The notes under the pieces: model-generated
Seen by the model: the letters and a program-made list of their open reading frames with translations, nothing else
Database searches by the model: none
Told to the model about the DNA's origin: nothing
Shown: positions 1-7,715 of the stretch, in pieces
How positions within the stretch are numbered: position 1 is the first letter of the stretch
Layout: each line of letters begins with the position of its first letter
Translations under genes and position numbers: made by a program
DNA from: Gemmatimonadota bacterium
Lineage (GTDB): Bacteria > Gemmatimonadota > Gemmatimonadetes > Gemmatimonadales > GWC2-71-9
Length of the DNA stretch: 64,000 bases
Reading direction: 5' to 3'
Assembly: GCA_011390645.1 (NCBI GenBank)
Contig: JAABRY010000004.1
Location: forward strand, 1,608-65,607

Positions 1-124
1 GGCCCCGATCACCGCCGGGATCGGCATGAAGGCCAGTTATGAAATTCGCTACGACGGCCTCCCGGAGCCAGGCTTCAAGACGACCGACCGCATCTTCACC
101 ACCGGTGTGCAGGTCACCTTCTGA
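1..124 (+). CDS. DUF481-type outer-membrane beta-barrel protein, C-terminal fragment (5' end outside window)
   Basis: Frame 2 reads ..APITAGIGMKASYEIRYDGLPEPGFKTTDRIFTTGVQVTF* with the stop at 122-124. The tail is a close paralog of the C-terminus of the next ORF and ends in an aromatic residue, as OM barrels do. Confidence 0.6.
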   Translation, partial: APITAGIGMKASYEIRYDGLPEPGFKTTDRIFTTGVQVTF

Positions 125-154
125 CCGGTTGAGGGACGGCGGTACGGGGTTACC

Positions 155-925
155 TTGGGGACGGCAGATGTCAGTGCCGACTGTCCCCAAGGAGCGTGTC
201 TCGCGATGGTGTTTGCCGTCCTTCCCCTGCTGTTCCAGCTCACGGCCGACACCGTGCCGAAGCGCACCCCGCTCGAGATGAAGTTCGCGGGCGACGTCGG
301 TTTCGTCAGCACCTCAGGCAACACTTCCGTGCAGACGCTCAACTTCGGTGACAAGATCACGGCCAAGCTGGGCGACCTTACCGTGGCCCAGACGTTCAAC
401 GGGGTGTACGGTCGCAGCAAGGGCAAGTCGGTCACCTCGATCTGGCGCGGCAGTTTTCGGGTGGACCTCTCGGTGCTGGGCGCGATCAGCGTCTACAACC
501 TGAGCAATTACGAGCGCAACGTTTTCGCTGGTCTGGCTTCGCGTATCGCCACCTCCACCGGGCTCTCGTTCCCGGTCGTGCGCAATGCCAAGCATCGCCT
601 GACCCTTGAGGGGGGGGCAACGCTCACCCGGCAGCGGGGCACCGTCGCCGGGCGTCGGGATCTCGACTTCCTCGGCGGGCGCGCCGCCTCCACCTATGTG
701 TATCAATTCGGGCCCCGCGCGCAGGCGGCCCAATCGATGGAGCTGCTGCCCAATTTCCGCGAGCCCGAGGATCTCCGCATCAACACCGAGACCAGCGTCA
801 CCGCCCCGATCACCAAACAGGTCGGCGTCAAGCTCTCGTATGTGATCCGCTACGACGGCTTGCCGCAACCCGGCTTCGAGACGACTGATCGACTCTTCAC
901 GTCCGGCCTGCAGATCTCCCTGTGA
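155..925 (+). CDS. DUF481-family outer-membrane protein
   Basis: 256-aa track ORF. It is beta-strand-rich with alternating hydrophobic residues, and the C-terminus ..SYVIRYDGLPQPGFETTDRLFTSGLQISL is paralogous to the upstream fragment. The start is ambiguous (TTG 155 or ATG 206). Confidence 0.7.
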   Translation: MGTADVSADCPQGACLAMVFAVLPLLFQLTADTVPKRTPLEMKFAGDVGFVSTSGNTSVQTLNFGDKITAKLGDLTVAQTFNGVYGRSKGKSVTSIWRGSFRVDLSVLGAISVYNLSNYERNVFAGLASRIATSTGLSFPVVRNAKHRLTLEGGATLTRQRGTVAGRRDLDFLGGRAASTYVYQFGPRAQAAQSMELLPNFREPEDLRINTETSVTAPITKQVGVKLSYVIRYDGLPQPGFETTDRLFTSGLQISL

Positions 926-2106
926 GCCGCGTGATGTGCGGGATGGCGCTGACGGTCACCCTCGCGGGTTGCGGCACCGGCCGCCCCGAGGGGAATGGCG
1001 TCGTGGTCGATTCCCTCGGCGTGCAGATCGTCACCTCCAGCGTACCGGCCTGGCGCGATGGCACCGACTGGCGCGTGGACAGCATTCCGGAGCAGGTGGC
1101 CGGTGATGCCTCGCGCACCGATGGCGCCTTGCTGATCGATGTCGTCGGCGTGCACCGATTCGCCGATGGACGTCTCGCGGTGGTGGTGGGTGAGGATCGT
1201 CAGGTCGTGTATTTCACGCCGGAAGGCGCCGTGGCAGCGCGCGTCGGTGGCGCAGAGACCTTCGCCCGCCCGCGCATGGTGGCGACCGCCGGCGATTCCT
1301 TGTGGATCTGGGACGGTGCCGTCAACCGGCTCACCGTGCTCGATGCCGCCGGCGCGGTGGTGCGGACCGCGGAGATTGTCGGAAGTGTCGCGCCAACCGG
1401 CCGCTTCGTCGATGGCACCCTCATCCTCACCGGTCGACCCACCATCGGGTTGGGCGAAGGAGTTGGCTTGCGCCGCGATGGCATTGCAGTGCTCGCGGCC
1501 GACGCGAATGGCACGGTGATCTCCGACACCCTCGCGATCGTGCCAGGCAGCGAAATGGTCGTGGCGAGCACGAGTGACTTCGTGGCGGCGTTCCCGCGGC
1601 CGTTCGGGGCGCAGACCTCGATTGCCGTCGCCGACCGCTGGGTGCAGGTGATGGCGGGGGACAGCGACGAGCTGTTGCGCATCACCCCCGAGGGACGTCT
1701 CGGCCAGATCTGGCGCCTCGCCCGTCCGCGGCGTGCGATTCCGCTTGAGGACATCCGCGAGCACGGCATGCGCCGCACGGAGCAGGTCGCCCAGCTCCCG
1801 CGGGCCGTGGCAGAACGTGTCGTCGATGCGATGGTGTCGGCCGGCCTGCCCGGCGAAATGCCGACCTTCGACCAGCAACTGATCGATGCGACCGGTCACA
1901 CCTGGTTGCGCGAGGATGCCGGGCCGGAGCGGCGGGATTCCGTGCCCCAGCGCTGGCAGGTGCTCGCCCCCGACGGGGCGTGGCTCGGCACCGTGATGAC
2001 GCCGCGTCGATTCACCCTGTGGCAGGTCACGCGCGATCGGATCGTTGGTGTCTGGCGCGATCCGAACGGCATCGAGGAAGCCCGCGTCTACCGCCTGCAT
2101 CGCTGA
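922..2106 (+). CDS. lipoprotein, probable beta-propeller fold, function unknown
   Basis: 394-aa ORF. The GTG start overlaps the previous stop (GTGA). It has a lipobox (LTVTLAGC) and repeated strand-rich segments like 6-bladed propeller lipoproteins. Confidence 0.6.
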   Translation: MSRVMCGMALTVTLAGCGTGRPEGNGVVVDSLGVQIVTSSVPAWRDGTDWRVDSIPEQVAGDASRTDGALLIDVVGVHRFADGRLAVVVGEDRQVVYFTPEGAVAARVGGAETFARPRMVATAGDSLWIWDGAVNRLTVLDAAGAVVRTAEIVGSVAPTGRFVDGTLILTGRPTIGLGEGVGLRRDGIAVLAADANGTVISDTLAIVPGSEMVVASTSDFVAAFPRPFGAQTSIAVADRWVQVMAGDSDELLRITPEGRLGQIWRLARPRRAIPLEDIREHGMRRTEQVAQLPRAVAERVVDAMVSAGLPGEMPTFDQQLIDATGHTWLREDAGPERRDSVPQRWQVLAPDGAWLGTVMTPRRFTLWQVTRDRIVGVWRDPNGIEEARVYRLHR

Positions 2107-2177
2107 GGCGACGATGCGTCCCCTTGACCTCGCATCGGACGCGACCAACTTCCGTCATCTCCCGTTGCGAGGCCATC

Positions 2178-2675
2178 ATGCGCCACCTGCCACTCGTCCT
2201 GCTGCCACTCCTCCTCCTCATGGCGTGTGGCGACGCGCCACCGGTCGTGGACGATCCCCCACCGGATCCGCCAGCCGTGACGACTGACGTCACCGTCGTG
2301 GCCACCAGCCAACAGTCGAGTTGGGAAGAAGTGCTCGAGGTGGTGCTGACGAGTGCCGACGATTGGGCCGCCGCGTGGAATCATCTGCACGATGGCGTCG
2401 CGCCGCCGCCGCCAATTCCCGACGTGGACTTCACCACGCAACGGGTGGTGATTGTCACTGCCGGCAGTCGCCCAAGTGGCGGCTTCGGTCTCCGCCACGA
2501 GCGCACGGCGATCGCCGGCGACACCCTCATGCTTGACGTCACCCTGACGGTCCCTGGTCCGACGTGCATGACGACCATGGCGCTCACGTCGCCCGCACTC
2601 GCGCTCGCCATCCCGCTCCTGCCCGCCGCCGTGCTGGTTCGGCGCACCGAGCAGGTCACGGAGTGCGAACCCTAG
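2178..2675 (+). CDS. PrcB-domain lipoprotein (protease-complex subunit PrcB-like)
   Basis: ATG 2178 inside track ORF 1980..2675 gives a signal peptide plus lipobox (LLLLMAC). The segment ..VDFTTQRVVIVTAGSRPSGGFGL..LTVPGPTCMTTMALTSP fits the PrcB C-terminal domain pattern. Confidence 0.6.
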   Translation: MRHLPLVLLPLLLLMACGDAPPVVDDPPPDPPAVTTDVTVVATSQQSSWEEVLEVVLTSADDWAAAWNHLHDGVAPPPPIPDVDFTTQRVVIVTAGSRPSGGFGLRHERTAIAGDTLMLDVTLTVPGPTCMTTMALTSPALALAIPLLPAAVLVRRTEQVTECEP

Positions 2676-2739
2676 TCCCCCCCCCCAGTCCGCCCGTCCT
2701 GCCTTCTTCCCTCTCCTTCTCACGCTACGGAGTCGCTGC

Positions 2740-3102
2740 ATGGATCGCCCCACAGTTGCCGGTCTTGGCGGTGTCGTCCTCTTCGCCGATCACGCCGATA
2801 CGCTCGCCCACTGGTACGAGCGCACCCTCGGGCTCTTCTTCACCCGCGAACCCGGGTCGCATGAATGGTGGAGTGAGGTGGGTGGCGGGCCGGCCTTCGC
2901 GATTCACCAGGCGAAGCATCCGCTCGGGCATGACCGACGCCACTGCGAGATCACCTGGCGCGTGACCGATCTCGATGCCTTCCTGGAGCACCTTGCCGAA
3001 ATCGGGATCACCGCGGAAGAGCGGCAAGAGACGCCCGACGGCGACTTCGCGTGGCTGGATGACCCGGAGGGGAACCGGATCGAGTTGTGGCAGGGGCGGT
3101 GA
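2740..3102 (+). CDS. VOC/glyoxalase-family protein
   Basis: 120 aa with a glyoxalase/bleomycin-resistance-like pattern (GGVVLFADHADTLAHWYERTLGL ... DPEGNRIELWQ). Confidence 0.8.
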   Translation: MDRPTVAGLGGVVLFADHADTLAHWYERTLGLFFTREPGSHEWWSEVGGGPAFAIHQAKHPLGHDRRHCEITWRVTDLDAFLEHLAEIGITAEERQETPDGDFAWLDDPEGNRIELWQGR

Positions 3103-3104
3103 AG

Positions 3105-3215
3105 GGGAGAGAGGGTGAAAGGTGAAAGGTGAAACGGGGTGCGATCTCGACATCGCCTTGTAGGGCACACACCGCTCCGCGGCGGGCCCCCCTTTCACCT
3201 TTCACCTTCTCTCCC
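3105..3215. repeat. hairpin whose arms are (GGTGAAA)n-type heptamer arrays
   Basis: Left arm 3105-3129 GGGAGAGAGGGTGAAAGGTGAAAGG pairs with right arm 3191-3215 CCTTTCACCTTTCACCTTCTCTCCC (24 Watson-Crick pairs plus 1 G.T out of 25). The loop is about 61 nt. The element exactly fills the gap between two convergent stop codons. Confidence 0.9.
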
Positions 3216-3709
3216 TACATCCGCGTCCGATCCGGGAACTCGCTCCGCAAGATCGCCGATCCCTCAAGCATGACCAGCATGCCGGATTCCGGCAGGGCCG
3301 CCACGCCGACCACGGTGAGCGTGGGGGGGGCATTGGGGTCCGTGGCGGCGAGCACCGCAGCGCGAATCGTCTCGACCGCCTCGGGCGTGAGGTCACGGAC
3401 ATACGCCGTGATCCGCACGACGTCACCCGATACGCCACGCGCCGCGCTCACCACCGACAAGAAATTCCGCATCGCCTGCCCCACCTGCGCGTCGAGCGTG
3501 GTACCGACGAGCTGCCCCTGTGCATTCACCGGAACCATTCCGCTGATCTGCACGCTGAGTCCGGCACGCACGGCGTGCGGCATGCCGTTGAGCTCCGGCA
3601 CGTCTGGCGCCGTGATGCGCTGCGGCACGGGGACGGGGGTCGGCGCCACGCGCGGAGGTGGGGCGGCGCAGGCGGTGAGGAGGGCGAGGGCAGGAATCAG
3701 GACGCGCAT
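3215..3709 (-). CDS. RidA/YjgF-family protein, lipoprotein form
   Basis: ATG 3709 gives a lipoprotein signal (ALALLTAC). RidA-like motifs are present (GMVPVNAQGQLVG, QVGQAMRNFLSVV, ITAYV). The longer track ORF to 3796 only translates heptamer repeats. Confidence 0.8.
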   Translation of the reverse strand: MRVLIPALALLTACAAPPPRVAPTPVPVPQRITAPDVPELNGMPHAVRAGLSVQISGMVPVNAQGQLVGTTLDAQVGQAMRNFLSVVSAARGVSGDVVRITAYVRDLTPEAVETIRAAVLAATDPNAPPTLTVVGVAALPESGMLVMLEGSAILRSEFPDRTRM

Positions 3710-3724
3710 GTGGTCCAATCTCGT

Positions 3725-3848
3725 GTCGTAGGTCGTAGGTCGTAGGTCGTACGATGCTGGATGTTGGATCTTGGAGTGGGCAAAGTCCCGTTTCACCTTT
3801 CACGTTTCACCTTGTTGCCCCTCACCCCTCACCCCTCACCCCTCACCC
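3725..3848. repeat. composite array of four different heptamer families, no inverted partner
   Basis: On the + strand it reads (GTCGTAG)x4 at 3725-3751, GGATGTT-like x2 at about 3757-3772, TTTCACC/TTTCACG x3 at 3791-3811, and (CCTCACC)x4 at 3818-3848. Confidence 0.9.
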
Positions 3849-3867
3849 GCGCGGCGGAGCCGCGCCC

Positions 3868-5358
3868 CTAGTCTTTTGGCCACCGCCGCGCCATCTCGTC
3901 AATCACGGCGCGCCGGATGTCGCGAAACTCGGTGATCGGCCCGAGGCCGGCAGTGCCTGGCGCAAGGTAGTCGAGGCCCCGCTCCCGCCCGGTGAGCAGG
4001 AAGTCGGTGGTCGCCACCACATACACACGCTCTGGGCGAATCGGTTCCCCCGCCACCATCCAGCCAGCATTGGTGCGGGTGACGTTGTCGGCGTGCAGGA
4101 AGCCGCCGCTGCCCCGGTTCGCGATCCCCTGTTCGAGGACACGGGTGAGGAGCTCGCCGGTCATTGTTGTCCGGCTCACGAGCCCACCAAAGGGCAACAC
4201 CCGGATCACATCGTACTGGCTCACCGCGCCGGCGGGGAGCACGTCGTCGATCCGGATCGAGCCACCATTCATGAGGCCGACCTCTGCGTCAGGCACTTCA
4301 CCTCGCAATGCGGCCGCGATCAACGCCGTGAGGTTCCCCTCGCGCACGCGCACCGTCGCCTCCCGCCCGTCGAGCGCCTCCGGTATCGTCGCCACCGTCG
4401 CAGTGGGGTCAAGCCCTTCAGCGACATACGCTGCGAAAACGCGATCGACCCACCGCTGCACCTGTGCCGCGACCCCAGGGTGCTCTGGAATCGAAGCGTC
4501 CACCGCCACGAAGCGGATATCGGTCACCACGGCTGGGGCGTCGGGGTTCAGGGTGATCAGCGCCACGGTGCGCACATTGGCGTCGGCCTTCACGATCGGC
4601 GTGAAGCCGGGCCCTCGTCGCAGCAGGTAGTTCTCGTGCTCGTGCCCGCCCACCAGCAGGTCCAGCTCCGGGAAGAGTTCCACGGCGCGTTGATCCTCGG
4701 CGAGCGTCTGGTGGGTGAGGGCCACCAGCAGGTCCACCGAATCTCGCAGGGCAGTGATGTCGCGGCGGAGCGCCTCGACCGGGTCGGCGTAACGCACCCA
4801 CGGCACCCGGTTCGCATCAAGGGTGACGCCCACCAGGCCGATGCGGACTGACCCACCCGGAGTCGCCACGGTCACGATCGCCCGCGGGACGGTATTGGGG
4901 AAAAGGCGGCCTGCCGAGTCGGTGACATTGCCTGCGATGTGGCCAAAACGGGATTCGCCCAGGCGGGCACGGAATTCCGCCTCGCGGATGTCGAACTCGT
5001 GGTTCCCCAGCACGGCCCAATCGAGCCCGACCGCGTTGAGGATCTCCACCATCTGGCGACCGGCGAGGCGGCTGCCGTCGATCTGGGCGAGGCCCATCGC
5101 CGAGGGGGAATAGAAGTCACCGCCGAGCAGCGTCAGGAGCGGGGTCCGATTGGTGAGAAGGCGTTCCCGAATGGTGGCGACACGAGCCAGCCCGCCACTC
5201 TTCCCCCCCTCCACCGGGGTGATCTCATAGACGTCGTTGAAGTGCAGGATGGTCACCTGACGGGACGGCACCGGCGAGGGGGTGGCCGCCGGCCGCGTCG
5301 GAGCGCAGGCGAGGGCGGCCACACTGGCGAGGGCAAGGAGGTGCAGGGAGGTGCGCAT
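3868..5358 (-). CDS. bifunctional metallophosphatase/5'-nucleotidase (UshA-like), lipoprotein
   Basis: 496 aa with signal plus lipobox (VAALAC). Calcineurin-like motifs are present (ILHFNDVYE, GGDF, GNHEFD, GGHEH), followed by a C-terminal 5'-nucleotidase substrate domain. Confidence 0.85.
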   Translation of the reverse strand: MRTSLHLLALASVAALACAPTRPAATPSPVPSRQVTILHFNDVYEITPVEGGKSGGLARVATIRERLLTNRTPLLTLLGGDFYSPSAMGLAQIDGSRLAGRQMVEILNAVGLDWAVLGNHEFDIREAEFRARLGESRFGHIAGNVTDSAGRLFPNTVPRAIVTVATPGGSVRIGLVGVTLDANRVPWVRYADPVEALRRDITALRDSVDLLVALTHQTLAEDQRAVELFPELDLLVGGHEHENYLLRRGPGFTPIVKADANVRTVALITLNPDAPAVVTDIRFVAVDASIPEHPGVAAQVQRWVDRVFAAYVAEGLDPTATVATIPEALDGREATVRVREGNLTALIAAALRGEVPDAEVGLMNGGSIRIDDVLPAGAVSQYDVIRVLPFGGLVSRTTMTGELLTRVLEQGIANRGSGGFLHADNVTRTNAGWMVAGEPIRPERVYVVATTDFLLTGRERGLDYLAPGTAGLGPITEFRDIRRAVIDEMARRWPKD

Positions 5359-5461
5359 CCCCCAAATCTACCCGCGCCAAGGGCTCCGGGGTGGTGATTC
5401 CCGCGCCTTTGTGCAACGTTTACGGCTTGGATCGTCAGTGAAAGTTGTCCCCAAACCAGGA

Positions 5462-6364
5462 ATGCGCATGATCCGCCACACTGTGCTGGCCCTCGTCACG
5501 ATCGGGATGCTCACGAGCTGCGTCAGCAAGAAGCGCTACGACGAGATGGTCGTCGAGCAGCAGCAGATCAACCAGCAGAAGGACTCGCTGGTCGCCGATG
5601 TCCTCGCCGCCTCGCAGATGGTCACGGAGATCAACGCCGACCTCGCGCGGGTGCAGGGTCTGGGTGTGAGTCCGGTCGCTTCCGGCGAGCGACCGGTGAC
5701 CGGTCGGGCCGAGGAGCGTGCGGTCCTCCTCGGCAAGATCCGCGAACTGATCTCCCGTCTCGAAGCTGCCGACGTGCAGATTGACGAGCAGCGCAAGCGG
5801 GTGAACGCACTGAGCGGCGAGCGCCGCCAGCTGCTCGCCCAGCTCGATGCGTTTCAGCGCACGATCGAAGAGCTGCGTGCCGCCGCCGTCGAGCAGGAGA
5901 GTGTGATGGCGCAGCAGCGCGAGCAGATCCAGGTGCTGACGTCGCGCGTGGACACGCTGACCACGCAGACCGAGGAACTGGCGGTTGCGCGTGAAGCCCT
6001 GACCGACACGCTCACGCAGGTCACTGACGAGGCCAACACCGTGTACTACGCGGTGGGCACCGAAGACGAGTTGATCGAGCGCGGCATCCTGGTGAAGGAG
6101 GGAAGCAAGTTCCTCGTCTTTGGCAGCAAGACGCTGCAGCCCGCTCGCGAGCTGCGCCCGGAGCTCTTCCAGAAGCTCGACAAGCGGACCGATCTGGTCC
6201 TCACGGTGCCGGAGCCGACGAAGGAGTACAAGATCGTCACGCGGCAAAGCGTCTCGTACCTGGCGAGCACGGTCACCAACGACGGCAAGGTGAAGGGTGA
6301 TCTGCAAGTCTCCTCGCCGGCCTTCTGGGACGGCGGCAAGTTCCTCATTCTGGTGCGCGACTGA
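5462..6364 (+). CDS. coiled-coil lipoprotein, function unknown
   Basis: ATG 5462 inside track ORF 5282..6364 gives a lipobox (IGMLTSC). A long heptad-like Q/E/L/R-rich middle is followed by a globular C-terminus. Confidence 0.6.
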   Translation: MRMIRHTVLALVTIGMLTSCVSKKRYDEMVVEQQQINQQKDSLVADVLAASQMVTEINADLARVQGLGVSPVASGERPVTGRAEERAVLLGKIRELISRLEAADVQIDEQRKRVNALSGERRQLLAQLDAFQRTIEELRAAAVEQESVMAQQREQIQVLTSRVDTLTTQTEELAVAREALTDTLTQVTDEANTVYYAVGTEDELIERGILVKEGSKFLVFGSKTLQPARELRPELFQKLDKRTDLVLTVPEPTKEYKIVTRQSVSYLASTVTNDGKVKGDLQVSSPAFWDGGKFLILVRD

Positions 6365-6819
6365 TGCGGCGTGGACTGATGGCCGTGGCGGCCGTGCTCG
6401 TCACCACAGTGCTCGTCGCCTGGCGCGCCGCGCCCGCGACAGACCAGCTGCCCGTGGTTCGGGTGGTGAAGTCGGCGAGCTGCGGATGTTGTCAGGCGTG
6501 GGTGGACTACATGAAGGCGCAGGGCTTCACGGTGGAAGTCGAGAATCGTGACGAGTTCACCGCGCTCAAGCGTGCCAACGGGGTCACCCGCGATCTCGAG
6601 TCGTGCCACACCGCGTTCGCGGGCGACCTCGTCATCGAGGGACACGTCCCGGCCGACCTGATCAAGAAGGTGCTCGCGGCCAAGACCCCCGGCGTGAAGG
6701 GGATTGCGGTGCCGGGGATGCCGATGGGGTCACCGGGCATGGAAGGGCCGACCAAGGATCGCTACACGGTCTTCACGTTTGATGCGCAGGGGCGGAAGAC
6801 GGCCTACGCGCAGCGGTGA
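6364..6819 (+). CDS. DUF411 (CopG-like) periplasmic metal-binding protein
   Basis: 151 aa with an N-terminal TM/signal. CGCC and GVPGMPMGSPGME motifs are typical of DUF411. The ATG overlaps the previous stop (TGATG). Confidence 0.8.
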   Translation: MRRGLMAVAAVLVTTVLVAWRAAPATDQLPVVRVVKSASCGCCQAWVDYMKAQGFTVEVENRDEFTALKRANGVTRDLESCHTAFAGDLVIEGHVPADLIKKVLAAKTPGVKGIAVPGMPMGSPGMEGPTKDRYTVFTFDAQGRKTAYAQR

Positions 6820-6952
6820 AGGGATGGAAGGTGAAAGGTGAAACGTGAAACGTGAAAGGGCACGGAAGCGTCGCCCCTGCGCAGGGAGCCTGGCTTCCAG
6901 CTGAGGCTCCCTTTCACGTTTCACGTTTCGCCTTCCGCGTTTCACCCTCACC
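6815..6952. repeat. hairpin built from GTGAAAG/GTGAAAC heptamers with a nested palindrome
   Basis: A perfect 21-bp core pairs 6840-6860 with 6909-6929, with imperfect extension over 6831-6938. Inside the loop, GGAAGC (6864-6869) pairs with GCTTCC (6893-6898), and there is a 12-bp palindrome CCCTGCGCAGGG at 6875-6886. Confidence 0.9.
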
Positions 6953-7690
6953 ACGTAGCTGATCTCGGGCGACTGCGATCCGTTCCCGCACCCGATCTCG
7001 CAGCGCCCCCACGTCATCCAGCGTGAGCCCCTCGGTCGGTTCAGGGGTGAGAATCTCCACCAGCGCGTGCGCGGGTCCGATGCGCCAGTCGTGCTTGGCG
7101 ATCGCGTTGCGCGTGCCGGTGAGCGCGATGGGCAGGATCGGTACGCCGGCCTCGATGGCGAGGCGGAAGGCGCCATCCTTGAAGGGCAGCATCTGCTCTG
7201 CTTTCGAGCGCGTCCCCTCCGGGAAGATCATCACTGACACATTGCCCGCCAGGCGCTGGCGGCATTCGTCCATCGCGGCCTTCGCACTGGTGACGCGCTC
7301 ACGGCGCACGGCGATATCGCGCACTGCCCACATCAGCCAGCCGAAGACCGGGATGCGGAAGATGCTCGCCTTGCTGAGCCACTTCATCTCCCACGGGAGG
7401 TGGGTCAGCACGATGATGTCGGCGAACGATTCGTGGTTGGCCACGACCACGTAGGGGTTGCGAGGATTCGCCGGTCGCGTGCCGCGGATCTCGAACTTCC
7501 AGCGCGGCGTGCCGCGTTCGACCAGGATCCCGAGGTGACGGAAGAGCCGGCCGCCGTAGTAGTTCCAGCGATCCACCGGCCAGCCGACAAATCGCCAGGC
7601 GACGACCACGGGGATGATGATCACGGCCCCGATGCCCAGGAGGCTCCAGGTCCAGGCGGAGGCAAGCGTCGTGCGGAGGGGGGCAGGCAT
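6914..7690 (-). CDS. plsC: 1-acyl-sn-glycerol-3-phosphate acyltransferase
   Basis: Acyltransferase motifs NHESFADI (HX4D) and FPEGTR are present, with an N-terminal TM. The start is taken at ATG 7690 (M78 of the track ORF). The last 12 codons lie in the repeat arm. Confidence 0.8.
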   Translation of the reverse strand: MPAPLRTTLASAWTWSLLGIGAVIIIPVVVAWRFVGWPVDRWNYYGGRLFRHLGILVERGTPRWKFEIRGTRPANPRNPYVVVANHESFADIIVLTHLPWEMKWLSKASIFRIPVFGWLMWAVRDIAVRRERVTSAKAAMDECRQRLAGNVSVMIFPEGTRSKAEQMLPFKDGAFRLAIEAGVPILPIALTGTRNAIAKHDWRIGPAHALVEILTPEPTEGLTLDDVGALRDRVRERIAVARDQLRGEGETRKAKRET

Positions 7691-7715
7691 GGTCGGGGAA
7701 GTATAGTTTCCATGC

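Noticed and set aside
850-2148. Long antisense ORFs throughout the track, for example 850..2148(-), 13782..15155(-), 15186..17420(-), 20049..21728(-), 30915..32345(-), 35166..36761(-), 43104..44096(-) and 59888..61225(+).
   Set aside because: Each lies opposite an ORF with clear family motifs. Their products are Arg/Gly/His/Pro-rich low-complexity strings. Open antisense frames are expected in DNA that is about two-thirds G+C because stop codons are AT-rich.
3709-3796. N-terminal extension of the RidA-like ORF ([29 protein letters not shown]).
   Set aside because: The extension is simply a translation of the GGATGTT and GTCGTAG arrays. The internal ATG 3709 gives a proper lipoprotein signal.
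3725-3848. Heptamer arrays considered as CRISPR arrays.
   Set aside because: The units are 7 nt and directly abutting, with no spacers. CRISPR repeats are 20 or more nt separated by unique spacers. No cas genes are present.
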